From assembly GCF_009914755.1 (NCBI RefSeq), contig NC_060941.1: a DNA stretch of 64,000 nt. One strand, written 5' to 3'. Source of the DNA: the human T2T-CHM13v2.0 reference genome, Homo sapiens. The notes under the pieces are model-generated. The model made no database searches. It worked only from the letters and a program-made list of their open reading frames with translations, and was not told the origin of the DNA. How positions within the stretch are numbered: the stretch's first letter is position 1; each line of letters starts with the position of its first letter. Of the stretch, positions 61,330-64,000 are shown piece by piece. The position numbers and the translations under genes were made by a program.

Positions 61330-62090
61330 TTTGACCCCAGATTTCTCTCCATTTACCATTCTGTTTCTCTGCTCCATGCAACTACCTCACCTCATGTCCT
61401 CTCTTGAACCCACTCCTTTCTAGCTTTTCTCCAGGGTACTTTGCTGAAACGACTTTTATCTCAGTCATTTAGCTGCATTTGACACAGATGATACAATTAA
61501 GGAGTTCCTCCTTGAAACTCTTTCTTCTGGATTTTAAAGACCTTCCGTCCTGGATTCCCTCTCACCTTTTTCTTCATCCTCCTGCTCCTCCTCTACCAGA
61601 TCTCTAGTGATCCTCTCAGAATGATCCCACATAGTCTCATAGCTTTAAATACCATCCATCTGTTGATAACCACTAGGCTTGGGGCCTCTTCCCTGAGGGG
61701 AGCACCAAGAGTCTTCCCTGACTCTTTTCCCTTCGCCCCCAACCCCCATGCAACCATACAGCAAGTCCTGTGGCTCTTGAGTGCAACCAGCAACCTGATT
61801 CACCATCTCCATTTCCACAACCAGTTTCAGTCATCTTCCTCTCCTACTGGTCTACTGCCAAAAATCCTCCTACTGCCAAAAATCCTCCAACCTCCCTGCA
61901 TCCTATCTTGCCCTCCTGCAGTCCAGCCTCCACTCAAGCATCCAGAGTGATCTCTTGAAAATGTTAAAACATGATATAAGCATACCCCCACCCCTGTGTA
62001 AACCCTGCCACTGTCTACTCATTGCAGTAGAATAAAAGTTCAGACAACCTGGTGCCTGCCTCTTAAGCCTCATCTCCTACCCTTGCTTGT
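61330..62090 (+). mobile_element. L2 fragments
   Basis: GCTGCATTTGACACAG, CATAGCTTTAAATACCATC and CCAGAGTGATCT are typical of L2 3' regions. Confidence 0.55.
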
Positions 62091-63381
62091 TCTTGCTATG
62101 TGGGTCAGATTTTCCGGTCTCCAGAGCTGAAAACAATCTTAACTGACAGGCATTAGATCATAGACTCTATCTACAGCATAAGGCATGGAAGGAAAAGTCT
62201 GAGAGAATGAAGGGCCAGAAAAGTTCATTTAAAAAAAATAAAAAGCACAGGAAACTGGAAACATAACTAACCTGTATGTATATACTCAAAAGAACATGGC
62301 AGCAAAATGAACTCTTTAGAAACTGAGCCAACAGACTTGCAAATGAATAGAAATACCTTTGGTCCTACTCTGAAAACAAAAAGAATCCTTAGTGAATATA
62401 CAAGAACAAAAATTGTACACATTTCTGGGTCATAATGCAATAAAACTAGAAATAATCGAAAGAGAATTTAAAGATGTTCAGCTTCCTGAAAATGTCAGAT
62501 TATCCTTTTAAACAAATTAATGCCTATGTCAGGGTGCAAATCCAAAACACAAATACCTTGCCTATAAAAATATATTTTTTCAAGCAACAGTGTATCAGGA
62601 TGTAAGGAGAGAGCTCACTAACTCAGAAGCTCCCAGAGTGACCAGATGTGTTCATGGGAACCGGAGCACTGCCCTGGAGTCATTTGACATCACCTTATTA
62701 CAAACAGGAACAGCCATGATGGGGAATGCTCAGATGCCAGTAATAAGTCAGAGGATTCCCTCCTGAACGGGACCTCCCAGTCCTTTTTGGCACAGGGTTC
62801 CAGGTGTGACCACAAATCCATGGGTGAGGGCTTTCAAGATCAACCTGCCCTCAGGCAGTGGAGTGGAAACTGGAACTAGCAGCTACAGTGGAAAAAAGGA
62901 ATGTCCTCTCAGAATATGTCATCTGCCCCATGCAAAGACTCTGGATCTCAGAAGTCCTCCTGGTAAGGACTCGGAGCCAGACAACTTCATTTCCTGTCAC
63001 CTGGGCTGCTCTCCCTCTGACAGCTATGGAAATTGGTGAAGCACAGGAACGTATTGGAAATGGCAATGATGTGCAATGCCAATGTGTGGAAGTGTACAAG
63101 TTAAGTAATATTTTAAAAACAGAACACACAGCAGTTTGCACAATCTGATCAAAGCTCTGTCATGTATGTTTCTAAACAAGTTTGGAAGAGAATTTGGAAA
63201 TGGCTGAATTTTTTTAATAAAGCTCATGTTTTTAGTTTGTTTAAATGTAAAAGCATACACTTAGAAACAAGTTAGTACATAAGAATTTTTAATCTTAGCT
63301 ATCTGGAAGCTTCAAATACCTAGAATGAGGCATTTCCCAAAGGTCTCTGTAACTTGAATTTTACCGTAGTTTGAAAACTCT

Positions 63382-63675
63382 TGCCAGGCATACTGGCTCA
63401 CACAGGTAATCCCAGCACTTTGGGAGATTGAGGTGGGCAGATTGCTTGAGCTAGGAGTTAGAGACCAGCCTGGGCAACATGGTGAAACCCCATCTCTACA
63501 AAAAATTTAAAAATTAGCTGGGAGTGGTGGCACTGCCGTTTGACACAGCTACTCAGGAGGCTGGGGTGGGAGGATCCTTGAGCCCGGGAGGTCCAGGCTG
63601 CAGTGAGCCATGATTGCATCCCTGTACTTCAACCTGGGCAACAGTGCCAGACCCTGCCCCCTCCCCCAAAAGAAA
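63382..63675 (+). mobile_element. AluJ
   Basis: GCCAGGCA...GGCTCAC...TAATCCCAGCACTTTGGGAG...GATTGCTTGAGC...GAGGATCCTTGAGCCCGGGAGGTC. Possible TSD GAAAACT. Confidence 0.85.
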
Positions 63676-64000
63676 ACTATTAGTTCATAGTGCAGTTGAT
63701 GAAATAATGTACATCCACAAAGAAAGGAGCAACCATAATATGTATATAATTACTCAGTATTAAAATATTGTATATAGTATTACATATATAATATTGAATA
63801 CCTATAATGAATGGGGCACTGCTTTAAGCACTGTATACTCATTATCCCACAAGAATTCCTTCTCGGGTAGGTCTTAGTATATTCAATTTAAAGGCTAATT
63901 AGTAAGCAATACATAGAATTGAACAAGAAGCTAAAACATAGAAGGCTCTCGAAAATACAATGTGGAATGAGTAATGCAAGTTACAGAGATACATAGCACA

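Noticed and set aside
62796-63221. Possible + strand exons (acceptor 62,795, donor CTG|GTAAGG 62,963, acceptor 63,023, AATAAA 63,216)
   Set aside because: The implied 61-nt intron is unusually short, and motif-only evidence is too weak.
59340-64000. Naming the locus (for example 19q13.12 LINC00665 or ZNF875, 4q28.3, chr17)
   Set aside because: I could not match any recalled exon sequence, so the chromosome, gene and even species are left unassigned.

Overview
Primate (human-like) genomic DNA with no credible protein-coding gene. Bases 1-~37,337 are the right-hand end of a GC/CpG-rich tandem macrosatellite with ~2.35-kb units. I recognise it from memory as the SST1/NBL2 (MER22) family, long ~2.4-kb non-acrocentric type. 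There are 14 near-identical units followed by 2 progressively diverged edge units. Each unit carries a promoter-like core (CTCF-like site, TATTTAAA, NRF1 palindrome) between two outward-facing splice donors, plus a variable (TG)n tract and G-quadruplex motifs. Unit variants show higher-order structure: a 2-unit alternation, then a tandemly duplicated 4-unit (~9.39 kb) block containing a 54-bp promoter-core deletion. The array abuts the 3' half of a MER4-group ERV1. The rest is mostly nested retroelements (THE1/MST, a 5'-inverted L1PA, MER4, MER11, Alu, L1M, L2, MIR, a truncated U2 retrocopy), with a CpG-island promoter at ~59.3-60.2 kb whose gene I cannot name. Repeat family names come from recall of consensus sequences, not from a search. 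The repeated ORFs are judged non-coding.
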